Of a stretch of 64,000 bases of DNA, positions 47,640 to 62,517 are shown piece after piece. Position 1 is the stretch's first letter. Every line of letters begins with the position of its first letter. This stretch comes from an uncultured Chloroflexia bacterium (GTDB lineage: Bacteria; Chloroflexota; Limnocylindria; Limnocylindrales; CSP1-4). Below the pieces are notes generated by a model. It was not told where the DNA came from, ran no database searches, and saw only the letters and a program-made list of their open reading frames with translations. A program made the position numbers and the translations under genes. The stretch spans positions 416,001 to 480,000 of the forward strand of contig CAVVYR010000008.1 of assembly GCA_963752475.1 (NCBI GenBank). Reading direction: 5' to 3'.

Positions 47640-48248
47640 ATGCAGCAGCACGTGCTCGCCCACATCGGCCTCGGTGCCAACGTGGGCGCGCCCCGCGAAG
47701 CCATGGAACGGGCGGTCTCGGCGCTGACGGTCCTGCCCGGTTGCGCGCTGGCCGGGGTCTCGCGGCTGTATCGCACGCAGCCGGTGGGGCCGGTCGAGCA
47801 GGGCGACTTCCTCAACGCGGTAGTGGCCCTGCGCGTGCCGGCCGGCGCCACACCCGAGGATGGTGCGATGGCCCTGCTGGTGGCGCTGAAGGGCCTGGAG
47901 CGTGCGATGGGGCGGATCCGGCGTGAGCGCTGGGGTCCGCGCGAGATCGATCTCGATCTGCTGCTCTTCGGTGAGGCCGAGATCCACGTGGAGCGTGAGG
48001 CGGCCGCTCGCAGCGTCGATCCCGGGAAGCTCGGGGTGCAGTGGCTGGACGTGCCCCACGTCTCCGCGGCCGAGCGCTCGTTCGTGCTGGCACCGTTGGC
48101 CGACCTGGCGCCCGAGCTGGTGCCGCCCGGCTGGGAGCTGAGCGTGGACGCGGCGCGAGCACGGGCCGCGGCAGCCGAGGGCCAGGATGCGGTCGAGGCC
48201 ATCGCCGAGTGGGACTTCCGCACGAGCCGCTGGCGCGACCTCGGCTAG
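47640..48248 (+). CDS. folK: 6-hydroxymethyl-7,8-dihydropterin pyrophosphokinase
   Basis: IGLGANVG, FLNAV, RWGPREIDLDLL, VPH..ERSFVLAPL. Confidence 0.93.
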   Translation: MQQHVLAHIGLGANVGAPREAMERAVSALTVLPGCALAGVSRLYRTQPVGPVEQGDFLNAVVALRVPAGATPEDGAMALLVALKGLERAMGRIRRERWGPREIDLDLLLFGEAEIHVEREAAARSVDPGKLGVQWLDVPHVSAAERSFVLAPLADLAPELVPPGWELSVDAARARAAAAEGQDAVEAIAEWDFRTSRWRDLG

Positions 48249-48596
48249 CCCTGCGCCGTGCTGGGCGGCCCTTCATGGTCAGGCGTCGTTCACAGCGACG
48301 CTATCGACCGATCCAGCTCGCTCTGGTGGACACTCGTCGCCCGGGCCGACCGTAGGCCCACGATGCCGCTCGGATCGCCGCCACCGGCGTCCTCTATTCC
48401 CTTTGCCGATGCCCACCCACGCTCGGGATCCGTGGCCGATGGCCAGCCAGTGGCCTCGACGGTGGCTACGAGCAGGCCTTGGGTCGAGGGAAGCGACGGG
48501 TGTCCACGAGGGCGGCGCCAGGCGCCTGGCGCCCGGAGCTCCGACAGCCACGATCGCCTCGACAGCTGCCCGACCGGCCGGCGCGTGCAGCCCGGT

Positions 48597-50066
48597 CTAC
48601 GCTTCGGCCCCCGGCTCCGACTGCTTCGAGAACTCAGCCTCGAGATCGGCGGCCAACTGCTTGACGATGCCGGCATGCTCCTCGTCCCTGACCAGGTTGG
48701 TCAACTCCCAGGGGTCTTCGACCGAGTCGTAGAGCTCGCGCTTGCCGTCCTCGTACTCGACGTAGTGCCAGCGCCCCAGCGGGTGCTGTGAAGTGGTGCG
48801 GATGGCCCGCCAGGCGGGCACGTCGGCGTAGGGCTCGCTGCGCTCCTCGCGCACGACCGTGCGCTCCAGATGCTCGGCTTCCCCGTCGAGCAGCGGCAGC
48901 AGTGACAGTCCGTCGGCTGCCTCCGGACCGTCGCGGAAGGGGCCCATCTCGCAGCCTGCCAGCGCACAGATGGTGGGCGCGATGTCGATGTTGCTGACGA
49001 CCTCGTCGATCTCGGTCACGTCCTCACCCCATCGAGCCGGCGAGCTGAAGACGAGCGGGATGGGCGTGGCGTAGGGCACGCCCTTGCGCTGGGGCAGGCG
49101 GTGGATGCCCCAGGCCACGCCGTTGTCAGCGGTGAAGACGTAGATCGTGTCCTCGTGCCGGCCGCGATCCTTCTGGGACCTGACCACGGCTCTGGTCAGT
49201 TCCTCGACCGAGAGCATCTCCTCGCAGTAGGTCCGCATCTTGCCCTGCCACCAGCGCTCGGACACCTTCTTCCGGTCGCGTACGAACTTGGGCTTGCCCT
49301 TGACGCTGGCGTTGAATGACTCGGGCCTCCAGGCCTTGATCTTGCGGCAGGCCTTGGCGTTCTCGTACTTCTGTGGCGGGATGTTCGGATCGTGCAGGTC
49401 GTAGATGCTGGCGAAGGCGAACAGCGGCTCATCATCGGGCGCGTTGCGGATGTGCTCGACGAGCTTGCGCTTGGTCACGAGCGTGCTGTGATCGGCCTTG
49501 CCATCGCCGTACTTCTCCATGCCGCCGTCGGGCGACCACATCGCGTAGTCGTAGTACCGGCCGTTGTCCTCGTAGATGATCTCGAACTCATCCCAGCCCT
49601 TGGCGTGGCGCTTCAGCTGGTGCGGCTTGACCTCTTCACGCAGATTGTTGAGGTACTTGCCCACGAAGACCGTCTGGTAGCCGGCCTCGTCCAGCTCCGT
49701 GGCCACCGTCACGCGCGGGTCGAAGGGCTCGGCTACGTTGCCCGTGACGCCGTGGTCGACCGTGTGCCGACCGGTGAGCATGGATCCGCGGCCGGGGCTG
49801 CACAGCGGGGTCTCGCTGATCGCGTTGGTGAACTGCACGCCGGCCTTGGCGAACATCGAGGAGAGCGTGGGCGTGCGCTTGGCGTTCTTCCATAGGCGCG
49901 CGTCATGTGGGTCGACATCGTCGAGGTAGATGACCACGATGTCCGGCTGACGGGCCGGCTCATCCTGCGCCGTGGCCGACATCGTCAATACCAGCAGGAG
50001 CGACAGCGCCAGCATCAACGACGAAGCGGCGCGGGACGTCAGGGGACGGCTGTGGCTGGGGCTCAC
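48597..50066 (-). CDS. Secreted sulfatase (Cys-type)
   Basis: Signal peptide, IYLDD, LCSPGRGSMLTG (CxPxR), GKYLN, ADNG, ELYD..DPWEL.NL. Confidence 0.9.
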   Translation of the reverse strand: MSPSHSRPLTSRAASSLMLALSLLLVLTMSATAQDEPARQPDIVVIYLDDVDPHDARLWKNAKRTPTLSSMFAKAGVQFTNAISETPLCSPGRGSMLTGRHTVDHGVTGNVAEPFDPRVTVATELDEAGYQTVFVGKYLNNLREEVKPHQLKRHAKGWDEFEIIYEDNGRYYDYAMWSPDGGMEKYGDGKADHSTLVTKRKLVEHIRNAPDDEPLFAFASIYDLHDPNIPPQKYENAKACRKIKAWRPESFNASVKGKPKFVRDRKKVSERWWQGKMRTYCEEMLSVEELTRAVVRSQKDRGRHEDTIYVFTADNGVAWGIHRLPQRKGVPYATPIPLVFSSPARWGEDVTEIDEVVSNIDIAPTICALAGCEMGPFRDGPEAADGLSLLPLLDGEAEHLERTVVREERSEPYADVPAWRAIRTTSQHPLGRWHYVEYEDGKRELYDSVEDPWELTNLVRDEEHAGIVKQLAADLEAEFSKQSEPGAEA

Positions 50067-50114
50067 GGCGGCGAGTATGGCCCAGCACCCATGAATCCGC
50101 TGCCGGGCACCGGG

Positions 50115-51662
50115 CTAGTGGCGGAAGTGTCGGCGCCCCGTGAAGACCATGGCCAGGTGATGGCGATCGGCGATCTCGATAGCCATCTCGTCACGGATGG
50201 AGCCGCCCGGCTGGATGATGGCGGTCACGCCGCGCTCGGCCGCGAGCGCGATGGCATCGCCGAACGGGAAATAGGCATCGGACGCCAGCACCGCGCGGGA
50301 GGACCGGTCGGCCGCCCGGTGCAGCGCGACCTCCGTGGCGGTGAGGCGGCTTGACTGACCCGCACCCACGCCAACCAGCTGCGCGCCCTTGGCCACGACC
50401 ACCGCCAGGCTGGTCACGTGCCGCACCGCGCGCCAGGCGAACATCAGGTCGGTCAGCTCCTCGAGCGTGGGCCGGCGCCGGGTGACCACGTTGAGCTGTG
50501 AGTTGTCGATGTCGAGCGCGTCCTTCGTCTCCACCAGCAGCCCGCCCTCGATGCGGTGGAAATCGAGCTCGGCGATGCCGTAGTCAGGCAGGCCGTCGGT
50601 CGGTGAGGCCGGGACCTTCAGCGCCGCCAGCTCGGGGCGGCTCGCGAGGATGGCCTTGGCGCCTTCGGAGTAGGCCGGCGCCGCCACGCCCTCGTAGGGG
50701 TTGAGCACGAGCTCTCGGGCGATGGCCTCGTCGACCTCGCGGTTGAAGCCCACGACCGCGCCGTAGGCCGTGACCGGATCTCCGGCTAGGGCTCGTCGGT
50801 ACGCCTCGAGGCCGTCGTCATGCGAGGCCAGGCCCACCGGCGTGCGCTGCTTGGCGATGGCGCACGTGGTCGCGGCGAAGTCGCTGACCATGCGATAGGC
50901 CGCGTCGAGGTCGATGAGGTCGTTGAACGTCGGCTCGGGACCTTGCGTCCGCTCGGCGTCGGCCAGCGATCGCGAGCGATGCGTGGTCTCACGGTAGAAG
51001 GCACCGCGCTGCTGCGGGTTCTCGCCATAGGGCAGGTCGCGCTCCTTGCGCAGGACGATGCTCAGCTGCTCGGGGAAGCGGGTGCCGCCGATGTGATCGA
51101 GGTAGGCCGCGACCTCGCCCTGGTAGGTGGCCACGGTGCCGAAGGCCTTGGCCGCGAAACGCCGCCGAGCCTCTGCTGAGACCGCGCCGTGCTCGCGGAT
51201 CTCCTCGACCAGCAGTGGGTAGTCGGTCGGATCGCACACCGCGGCCACACCCCCGAAGTTGCGTGCCGCCGCGCTCAGCAGCGAGAGACCGCCGACGTCG
51301 ATCATCTCGACCGCCTCGTCGATCCCGACGACCCGCCGGCCGACCTGCGGCGAGAACGAGCGCATGCTCACGACCACGATGTCGATGGTGCCGATCTCGT
51401 GCTCGGCGAGGCTCTCGAGGTCCTCGGGCACATGGCGGCGGGCGAGGATGCCGGCGTAGATCGAGGGGTGGTAGGTCTTGATCTGGCTGCCGATGAGCCC
51501 CGGCAGGTCGGTCAACTCCGTGACCGCGGACACATCGACTCCGGCCTCGGACAGCTCGGTCCGCGTGCCGTCGGTGGCATAGACCTCGACCCCCTGGTCA
51601 AGCAGCTCGCGCGCAAGATCGGCGATGCCGGCGCGATCCGCGACCGAGAGCAGGGCTCGCAC
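50115..51662 (-). CDS. purH: PurH-like AICAR transformylase/IMP cyclohydrolase (divergent)
   Basis: RALLSV, KTYHP, IDVGG, YGENP, SDAYFPF, IIQPGGSIRD, TGRRHFRH. Confidence 0.85.
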   Translation of the reverse strand: MRALLSVADRAGIADLARELLDQGVEVYATDGTRTELSEAGVDVSAVTELTDLPGLIGSQIKTYHPSIYAGILARRHVPEDLESLAEHEIGTIDIVVVSMRSFSPQVGRRVVGIDEAVEMIDVGGLSLLSAAARNFGGVAAVCDPTDYPLLVEEIREHGAVSAEARRRFAAKAFGTVATYQGEVAAYLDHIGGTRFPEQLSIVLRKERDLPYGENPQQRGAFYRETTHRSRSLADAERTQGPEPTFNDLIDLDAAYRMVSDFAATTCAIAKQRTPVGLASHDDGLEAYRRALAGDPVTAYGAVVGFNREVDEAIARELVLNPYEGVAAPAYSEGAKAILASRPELAALKVPASPTDGLPDYGIAELDFHRIEGGLLVETKDALDIDNSQLNVVTRRRPTLEELTDLMFAWRAVRHVTSLAVVVAKGAQLVGVGAGQSSRLTATEVALHRAADRSSRAVLASDAYFPFGDAIALAAERGVTAIIQPGGSIRDEMAIEIADRHHLAMVFTGRRHFRH

Positions 51663-51780
51663 TCGGCCTTCTCCTCCCTCGTTGCCGCGCGAGCCGATCG
51701 CTCTGCGCGGGACACCGAGTATATCCACGGCGTGCCGCTCTGCTGTGCGGCCGTCGCGCGGCCTTGCTACTCTCGGGTCC

Positions 51781-52245
51781 GTGAACCAGAGCTTCCTTGA
51801 CTCGCTCTTCCTGGAGGGCGGGTTCAATCCCGACAACTTCCCCGATCTGTTCTACCCGATCACGATCGCGTCGCTGGTCTTCCTCGTGGCCACGGTCGTG
51901 CTCTACAACGTGCAGACTCGGCGCCTCAAGCATCACCCGCCGTTGCTGAACCTCAACGAGTGGTTGTTCTGGACGGGGCTGTCGGTCTTCGGCCTGATGG
52001 TCGTGTACTCGATCTTCCAGTTCTACTTCGTCTTCATGCTGGGAACGCTCATCGTGGGCATCGGCACGATGATCTGGATCCGCTGGTACCGCTTCCCGCC
52101 GCTGATCGTGGCCTACAACGCCATCCTCCGGCGCGAGCAGTACCTGTCCCAGAAGAAGTACGCCTCGGCCGAGTCGACCATCCGAACCAGGTCGAAGGGT
52201 CGCGCCAAGACCAAGACCAAGTCGAAGAAGAAGAAGCGGCGCTGA
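51781..52245 (+). CDS. Small membrane protein with a basic C-terminal tail
   Basis: About 3 hydrophobic helices, GC3-rich codons, extended -10 TGcTACTCT 7 nt before GTG. Confidence 0.75.
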   Translation: MNQSFLDSLFLEGGFNPDNFPDLFYPITIASLVFLVATVVLYNVQTRRLKHHPPLLNLNEWLFWTGLSVFGLMVVYSIFQFYFVFMLGTLIVGIGTMIWIRWYRFPPLIVAYNAILRREQYLSQKKYASAESTIRTRSKGRAKTKTKSKKKKRR

Positions 52246-52262
52246 CCGCCTGACGGGCCGAC

Positions 52263-52718
52263 ATGGAGATCCTTCGGTTCGGACCCGGCTACCGACGCTC
52301 CCGTCCTCTCGAGGGCAGCCACGGCGTGGGCGACCAGACCATCTGGTCCGACCCCCGTGCTCGCATCACCGAGTTGGCCTTCTCCTCTCGCGCGCTGGTC
52401 GCGCCACAGACGAGCCCCGATCTGGGGCTGTTCATCGTGGTCGCTGGCGGCGGCTGGGTGCAGATCGGCGAGGAGCGCACGTCGATCGACCACGGCGAGG
52501 CGGTCGAGTTCCCGCCGGGTGTACCCCACGGTGTCTGGACCGACGGCTCGACGATGCGCGCCATCCTCGTGGAGGTGCCCGATGTCGCGCTTGAGGGTTC
52601 TTCAGCGCGGCTGGCCGACCCGCCGGAGGTGGCCGACCTCACGCCTGCCCGCGGCCGGCTCGCCGAGCGGGACCTGCGACCCGAGGAGCACGACCCGTCC
52701 GAAGGCGAGCCCTGGTAG
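52263..52718 (+). CDS. Cupin-domain protein
   Basis: VVAGGGWV...GEAVEFPPGVPH cupin motifs. Confidence 0.75.
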   Translation: MEILRFGPGYRRSRPLEGSHGVGDQTIWSDPRARITELAFSSRALVAPQTSPDLGLFIVVAGGGWVQIGEERTSIDHGEAVEFPPGVPHGVWTDGSTMRAILVEVPDVALEGSSARLADPPEVADLTPARGRLAERDLRPEEHDPSEGEPW

Positions 52719-52722
52719 GGCG

Positions 52723-53373
52723 TCAGTCGTCGGTGTTCGGGCCGAGCACGGCACCCAGCTGGGCCACCGCCCGCCCGGTCGCACCCCACACGCGATGGCC
52801 CGCGACGGGGTAGCAGCCGTAGCGCAGGAGCCAGCCGTCGCGATCCTCCTCCACGACCTCGACTGGGGCATCGGGCAGGAAGTGACGCACGGGCACCGTC
52901 AGGATATCGGCCGTCTCGATCTCGTCGGGGGTGAAGGTGGGCGTGCGCTCCGCTAGCGCCAGCACCGGCACCATCCAGAAGCCCGACACGCGCACGTCCA
53001 CGGTCTCGAGTACGCCCATGGTGGTCACACCGACCGCGTCCGCATCCAGCCCCACCTCCTCGGCCGCCTCGCGTAGCGCGGTGCCTTCGGGGAACTGGTC
53101 TTCAGGCTCGCGCTTGCCACCGGGCAGTGCCACCTGCCCCGCGTGGATGTGATCGCCCGACGGCCGCACCTGGAGCACGATGTGGGCCTCGCCGGCAGCG
53201 TCGGGGTAGAGCAGCATCAGCGCGGCCGCGTCCCGGATCGGACCGTCGCTGGCTCGCCGCGCACCCGGCGGGATGCGGCCCTGGCGTAGCACGTGCGCCT
53301 CGATCTCGGCGCGTGGTGGAGGCAGCGGGGAGGGCAGGTCGGCCAGCCGCCGCCGGACGGTCTCGATGTGCAC
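52723..53373 (-). CDS. Nudix hydrolase, CoA pyrophosphatase-like
   Basis: HAGQVALPGG, TALREAAEEVG, VWGATG. Confidence 0.9.
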   Translation of the reverse strand: MHIETVRRRLADLPSPLPPPRAEIEAHVLRQGRIPPGARRASDGPIRDAAALMLLYPDAAGEAHIVLQVRPSGDHIHAGQVALPGGKREPEDQFPEGTALREAAEEVGLDADAVGVTTMGVLETVDVRVSGFWMVPVLALAERTPTFTPDEIETADILTVPVRHFLPDAPVEVVEEDRDGWLLRYGCYPVAGHRVWGATGRAVAQLGAVLGPNTDD

Positions 53374-53382
53374 CCGCAGAGC

Positions 53383-54462
53383 CTACGGGTTGTCGCTGAA
53401 ACCCGGGAGCGGGGGCACCGAACCGTCGTCCGCCGGTCGGGCCCACGCGAGCACGCGGAAGCCGCCCAGCTGCCGAGGATCGATCAGGCGGCTCACCGAC
53501 GCGCGGGCCTCCAGGTACGTCTGTGGCTCGACGCCGGGCCGCCGCCCGAGCTCGGCGAGCATGTCGCCAAGGCCCAGGCGTGCAAGGAAGGGACCCTGTG
53601 TCGTCGAGCCGATGAGCACCAGCCCTGCGTCGGCCCCGGCACGCTCGAGGGCGGTGACGTCGACGTGAGCGGTGAGGTCGGTGTGGCCGACCGCGTCGAA
53701 TGGGTCGTCGCCGACCTCGTGGCCGCGGTAGGTCAACAGCGTTCCGGCCAGGCGTCGAGGACCGTAGAGTTCAGCGGCGTCGTGGCCGTAGTCGATGACG
53801 AGGACGACGCCACCGGGCACGAGCCTGGCCGCGACCGTGCTCAGCCAGCGGGGTGCGGCGAGGCAGATCTCGGCCCGCTGGCCGTCGTGCAACTCCACCT
53901 CGTCGGACGCCAGATGGGCCGCCAGCTCCGGGGTCGATGGCTCGCCACGGACCTCGCTGAACCAGCCGTCGACCCAGCCGACGTAGGCCTCTCGCAGACC
54001 CTCGTGCTGGACGACGCGGTGCACGGGCAGGGCGTCGAGGTATTCGTTGGCGATGACGAGGTCCGCCCGCGCGCCGTCATCGTCGCTGCGGTCGGGCAGG
54101 TCCGCGCGCGTCCAGGTCGCGTGGAAGCCGAGGCCGTCGGTAGCGTCGGTGCGGAGCGTGCCGCGGCCAGCGCCGAACTCGAGCACGCGGAAGGGTGACG
54201 AAGCCGAGGCTTCCCAGGCGGCGTTGACGATCCGCCCCAGGCAGCGCCCGAAATACGGATGCAGCTCGGGTGCGGTGAGGAAGTCGCCGGCACGCGTGGG
54301 GCGCAGCTCCGAGGTGGCGTAGTAGCCCAGCCCGGGTTCGGTCAGGGCGCGTTCCATGAAGCGCGCGAAGGTGATGCGGCCCGCCGGGCTCGCGAGGATC
54401 TCGTCGCGGATGGCTTCGACCAGGCGCGGCTCGCTGCCGGCCCAGCGAGGATCCTCAGCCAC
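53383..54462 (-). CDS. MidA/NDUFAF7-family SAM-dependent methyltransferase
   Basis: ITFARFM..AL..GYY, GDFLTAPE, EFGAGRG, ANEYLDALP, IDYG, DLTAHVD. Confidence 0.9.
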   Translation of the reverse strand: MAEDPRWAGSEPRLVEAIRDEILASPAGRITFARFMERALTEPGLGYYATSELRPTRAGDFLTAPELHPYFGRCLGRIVNAAWEASASSPFRVLEFGAGRGTLRTDATDGLGFHATWTRADLPDRSDDDGARADLVIANEYLDALPVHRVVQHEGLREAYVGWVDGWFSEVRGEPSTPELAAHLASDEVELHDGQRAEICLAAPRWLSTVAARLVPGGVVLVIDYGHDAAELYGPRRLAGTLLTYRGHEVGDDPFDAVGHTDLTAHVDVTALERAGADAGLVLIGSTTQGPFLARLGLGDMLAELGRRPGVEPQTYLEARASVSRLIDPRQLGGFRVLAWARPADDGSVPPLPGFSDNP

Positions 54463-55075
54463 GCGGCGAACGCCGTCGGCGGCGCAGCGCCGAGAGCGGC
54501 CCGCGCGGTGTGCCGTGGCCCAGCAGCAGCTTGAAGCCGAGCACCGACGGCAGCCAGGCGTAGCCCGAGGGTGGCGGGGCCACGATCGACGTTCCAGCCA
54601 ACCAGAGGGTGTAGAGGCCGTAGGCCACCGAGCGCCTCTTCTCGCTCGACGCGAGCTCCAGCATCGCCGCGCTGGCCACGAGCGTGGAGTACGAGACGGC
54701 GGCGCTACGCCACTGCCTGCGGCCGCTCATCGCTTCCGCAAGGAAGGGGTACAGGTGCAGCGCGGCGAAGGCCACGCGATCCCGCCTGCGCGTGCCGACG
54801 CGGTGATACCAGCGCTTGCACGAGGGGGTCTCGTTGCACCACGCGCCGCCACCAAGGTCCAGGCCCACCGCGGATGCTGCCGCCAGCTCGACGGGGCTGG
54901 CATCCGGCCGCTGGCGCTTGACCAGCGCAGGCGCGGCCACGGCGCCGGCAGCGGCGAAGCCGAGCGTGCCCGCGTTCTCCCAGCGAGACGCACCCGGGCC
55001 GACGAACTTGTCCCACTCGCCGATGAGTCCCTCACGTGGTGGAGGGATGGTGCCCTTGTCCTTCGGTTTCGCCAT
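54455..55075 (-). CDS. Hypothetical membrane protein
   Basis: WDKFVGPG..., WYH, HLYP, hydrophobic segments; co-oriented between clpB and the methyltransferase. Confidence 0.65.
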   Translation of the reverse strand: MAKPKDKGTIPPPREGLIGEWDKFVGPGASRWENAGTLGFAAAGAVAAPALVKRQRPDASPVELAAASAVGLDLGGGAWCNETPSCKRWYHRVGTRRRDRVAFAALHLYPFLAEAMSGRRQWRSAAVSYSTLVASAAMLELASSEKRRSVAYGLYTLWLAGTSIVAPPPSGYAWLPSVLGFKLLLGHGTPRGPLSALRRRRRSPRG

Positions 55076-55103
55076 CGGGTCAACCCCCTTGTGGGGCAGC
55101 GCC

Positions 55104-57845
<2,742 letters not shown>

Positions 57846-57871
57846 GGGGGAATCGGGTTCGTCCTTGGCGT

Positions 57872-58939
57872 TCAGCGAGTTCCGGTGGCGGGCTCGGCCC
57901 GCGGGTCGGTCTGTTCGATGTGATCGATGAAAGCCTTGGCCTTGGCCCGGCCCTCGTCGTCGAGGAACGTGGGCAGCACCACCTTGGTGCGCACGCGCAG
58001 GTCGCCGGGGGCCTCGGCGCCGAAGCGCGGCAGACCCTGGCCGGCGAGCCGGAAGACCCGCCCGTTCTGGGTGCCGGCCGGGATGGTCAGTGCCAGGCGC
58101 TTGCCCGAGAGCGTGTCGATGTGCACCTCCGCGCCCAGCAGGGCCTCGCCCAGCGTCAGCGAAAGGTCCATCGAGAGGTCGGCGTTGTCGCGCGCGAACA
58201 CCGGATGCTTGGCCACGCGCGCGGTGATGTAGACGTTGCCGCCGCCCTCGGCCTTGCCGGTGAGGCGGATCTTCTGGCCGTCGCGCACACCCGGCGGGAT
58301 CCTGACCTCGAGCGTCTTGCCGCCGATCTGGAGGTGGCGTTCGGTGCCACGCATGACCTCCTCGAGGCTGATGGTGGCGTCGGCCGTGACGTCCGCCGGC
58401 CGGCGCGGCCCTGGCCGGCGGCCTCGAGCGGAGCCCGTGCCGAAGCCCGATGAGGCGTAGCCGGCGCCGCTATCGCCGCCCAGGCCGCCGAAGAGGGGAT
58501 CGATGTTGACGTTGGTGGGGCCGGCGGCACCGGCATCGCCGCTGGTGAAGAAGGTTCGGAAGAAGTCGCTGAAGCCGGAGAGGTCCTCCGCATTGCCGCG
58601 GTATTCGAAGCGCATGCCGCCAGGGAAGCCACCGGCGCCACCGGCGCCACCGGCGCCGGCCCCGCCGAAGCCCGCGAAGGGGTTGCCGCCGCTGTTGCCG
58701 CCGGCCTGCTGGTACGCCTGCCAGTTGGCGCCGAGTTGGTCGTAGGCCTTGCGCTTCTCGGGGTCGGACAGGACCTCGTTGGCCTCGCTGACCTCCTTGA
58801 AGCGCTTCTCGGCCGAGGCCTCACCCGTGTTGACGTCCGGATGGTTCTCGCGGGCAAGGCGACGGAAGGCCTTCTTGATGTCGGCCTGACTGGCGTCCTT
58901 GCTTACGCCGAGGGTGGCGTAGTAGTCGCGATACTCCAT
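57872..58939 (-). CDS. Class B J-domain protein (DnaJ/CbpA-like, no Zn finger)
   Basis: RDYY, HPD, G/F-rich linker, FSDFF, C-terminal DnaJ domain; no CxxCxGxG. Confidence 0.92.
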   Translation of the reverse strand: MEYRDYYATLGVSKDASQADIKKAFRRLARENHPDVNTGEASAEKRFKEVSEANEVLSDPEKRKAYDQLGANWQAYQQAGGNSGGNPFAGFGGAGAGGAGGAGGFPGGMRFEYRGNAEDLSGFSDFFRTFFTSGDAGAAGPTNVNIDPLFGGLGGDSGAGYASSGFGTGSARGRRPGPRRPADVTADATISLEEVMRGTERHLQIGGKTLEVRIPPGVRDGQKIRLTGKAEGGGNVYITARVAKHPVFARDNADLSMDLSLTLGEALLGAEVHIDTLSGKRLALTIPAGTQNGRVFRLAGQGLPRFGAEAPGDLRVRTKVVLPTFLDDEGRAKAKAFIDHIEQTDPRAEPATGTR

Positions 58940-58955
58940 CCGGTACGTCTTCGGG

Positions 58956-61454
<2,499 letters not shown>

Positions 61455-61913
61455 TCAGATCTCCTTGGCGGTCTGGTCGGGGTTCGGGGTGGCGGACTCG
61501 TCAGTCGACTCCTCGTCGACCTCATCCGCTCGCTGGCCATCAGGCTTGCCGAGGCCATCGGGATCGCTATACAGCTTCTCGAGGACGCGCGTCCCAAGAC
61601 GCTCTTCGAGCTCGAAGAGGACGCGGACCCCGGCCAGGTTCACGCCCAGGTTCTGGGTCAGATGCCGGATCCAGAGGACCCGGCGCAGATCGTTCTCCGA
61701 GAAGAGCCGGATGTTCGTTGGCGTGCGGGCCGGGCGGACCAGGCCCTCGCTTTCGTAGATGCGCAGCGTTCGCGGATGAACGCTCACCAGCTCCGCGGCC
61801 ACACTGATGATGTAGACCGGGCTGCTGGCGTCGGCACCACTCGGGCGCCGACGCGCTCCAGCTCTATCTCGCACCGGGTCAGGCCTGCCGACCCGCGTCC
61901 GCGTCCGTCCCAT
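61455..61913 (-). CDS. hspR: HspR (MerR-family) heat-shock repressor
   Basis: PVYIISVAAEL..VHPRTLRIYE..GL, GVNLAGV; inside a chaperone operon. Confidence 0.88.
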   Translation of the reverse strand: MGRTRTRVGRPDPVRDRAGARRRPSGADASSPVYIISVAAELVSVHPRTLRIYESEGLVRPARTPTNIRLFSENDLRRVLWIRHLTQNLGVNLAGVRVLFELEERLGTRVLEKLYSDPDGLGKPDGQRADEVDEESTDESATPNPDQTAKEI

Positions 61914-62400
61914 CCTCGGTGCCCTGGGTTTCAGCGGCGACCTGCTTGGCCGCGTGCGTCGCCTGGTTCACCTGGATCTGGCGGGGCTTGGCTGCCTCAG
62001 CTCGCGGGATGTACAGCCGCAGCATGCCGTTGTCGAAGTCGGCGCTGGCACGCTCGGTGTCCATGCCGCTCGGGAGGGTCAGCGTGCGGGTCCCGCTGCT
62101 CCGGCGCAGCTCACGATAGACGCGTTCGCCGTCGGCGCGCTCCTCCTCGGCCTGCTCCTTGACGGCGATGGTCAGGTTGTCCTGGTGGACGGTGATCTCC
62201 ACGTCCTCGGGATCGACGCCAGGCAGCGCGGCTTCGATCAGGACTGCGTCCTCGGACGAGGTGACGTCCAGTGGTAGACGCGCCTCTACCGGGCCAGCCC
62301 ATGCGAGCGGCCGGAAGGCGGCATCGTCGAAGAGCCGATCGAATGCGCGCGTGACGCGCATCAGGTCGGTAGTCGGTCGAGCCTTGCGGATGACGGTCAT
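61879..62400 (-). CDS. Small heat shock protein (Hsp20)
   Basis: AALPGV, ADFDNGMLRLYIP alpha-crystallin motifs, C-terminal IQV. Confidence 0.93.
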   Translation of the reverse strand: MTVIRKARPTTDLMRVTRAFDRLFDDAAFRPLAWAGPVEARLPLDVTSSEDAVLIEAALPGVDPEDVEITVHQDNLTIAVKEQAEEERADGERVYRELRRSSGTRTLTLPSGMDTERASADFDNGMLRLYIPRAEAAKPRQIQVNQATHAAKQVAAETQGTEDGTDADAGRQA

Positions 62401-62486
62401 CGTCGGGTCCTCCGTATCTGGATCGGGTAGGTCAATTCTGTCGTTGGGTCGTCGGGGCGGTCGCGACTTCGCCCTTACACGTCCGC

Positions 62487-62517
62487 ATACTAGAACCTTG
62501 ACAATGACATTGTCAAG
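62487..62517 (-). promoter_or_regulatory. Heat-shock operon promoter with an overlapping HAIR-like inverted repeat
   Basis: TTGACA (62511-62516) - 18 nt - TAGTAT (62487-62492); perfect palindrome CTTGACAATG-A-CATTGTCAAG at 62497-62517. Confidence 0.8.
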
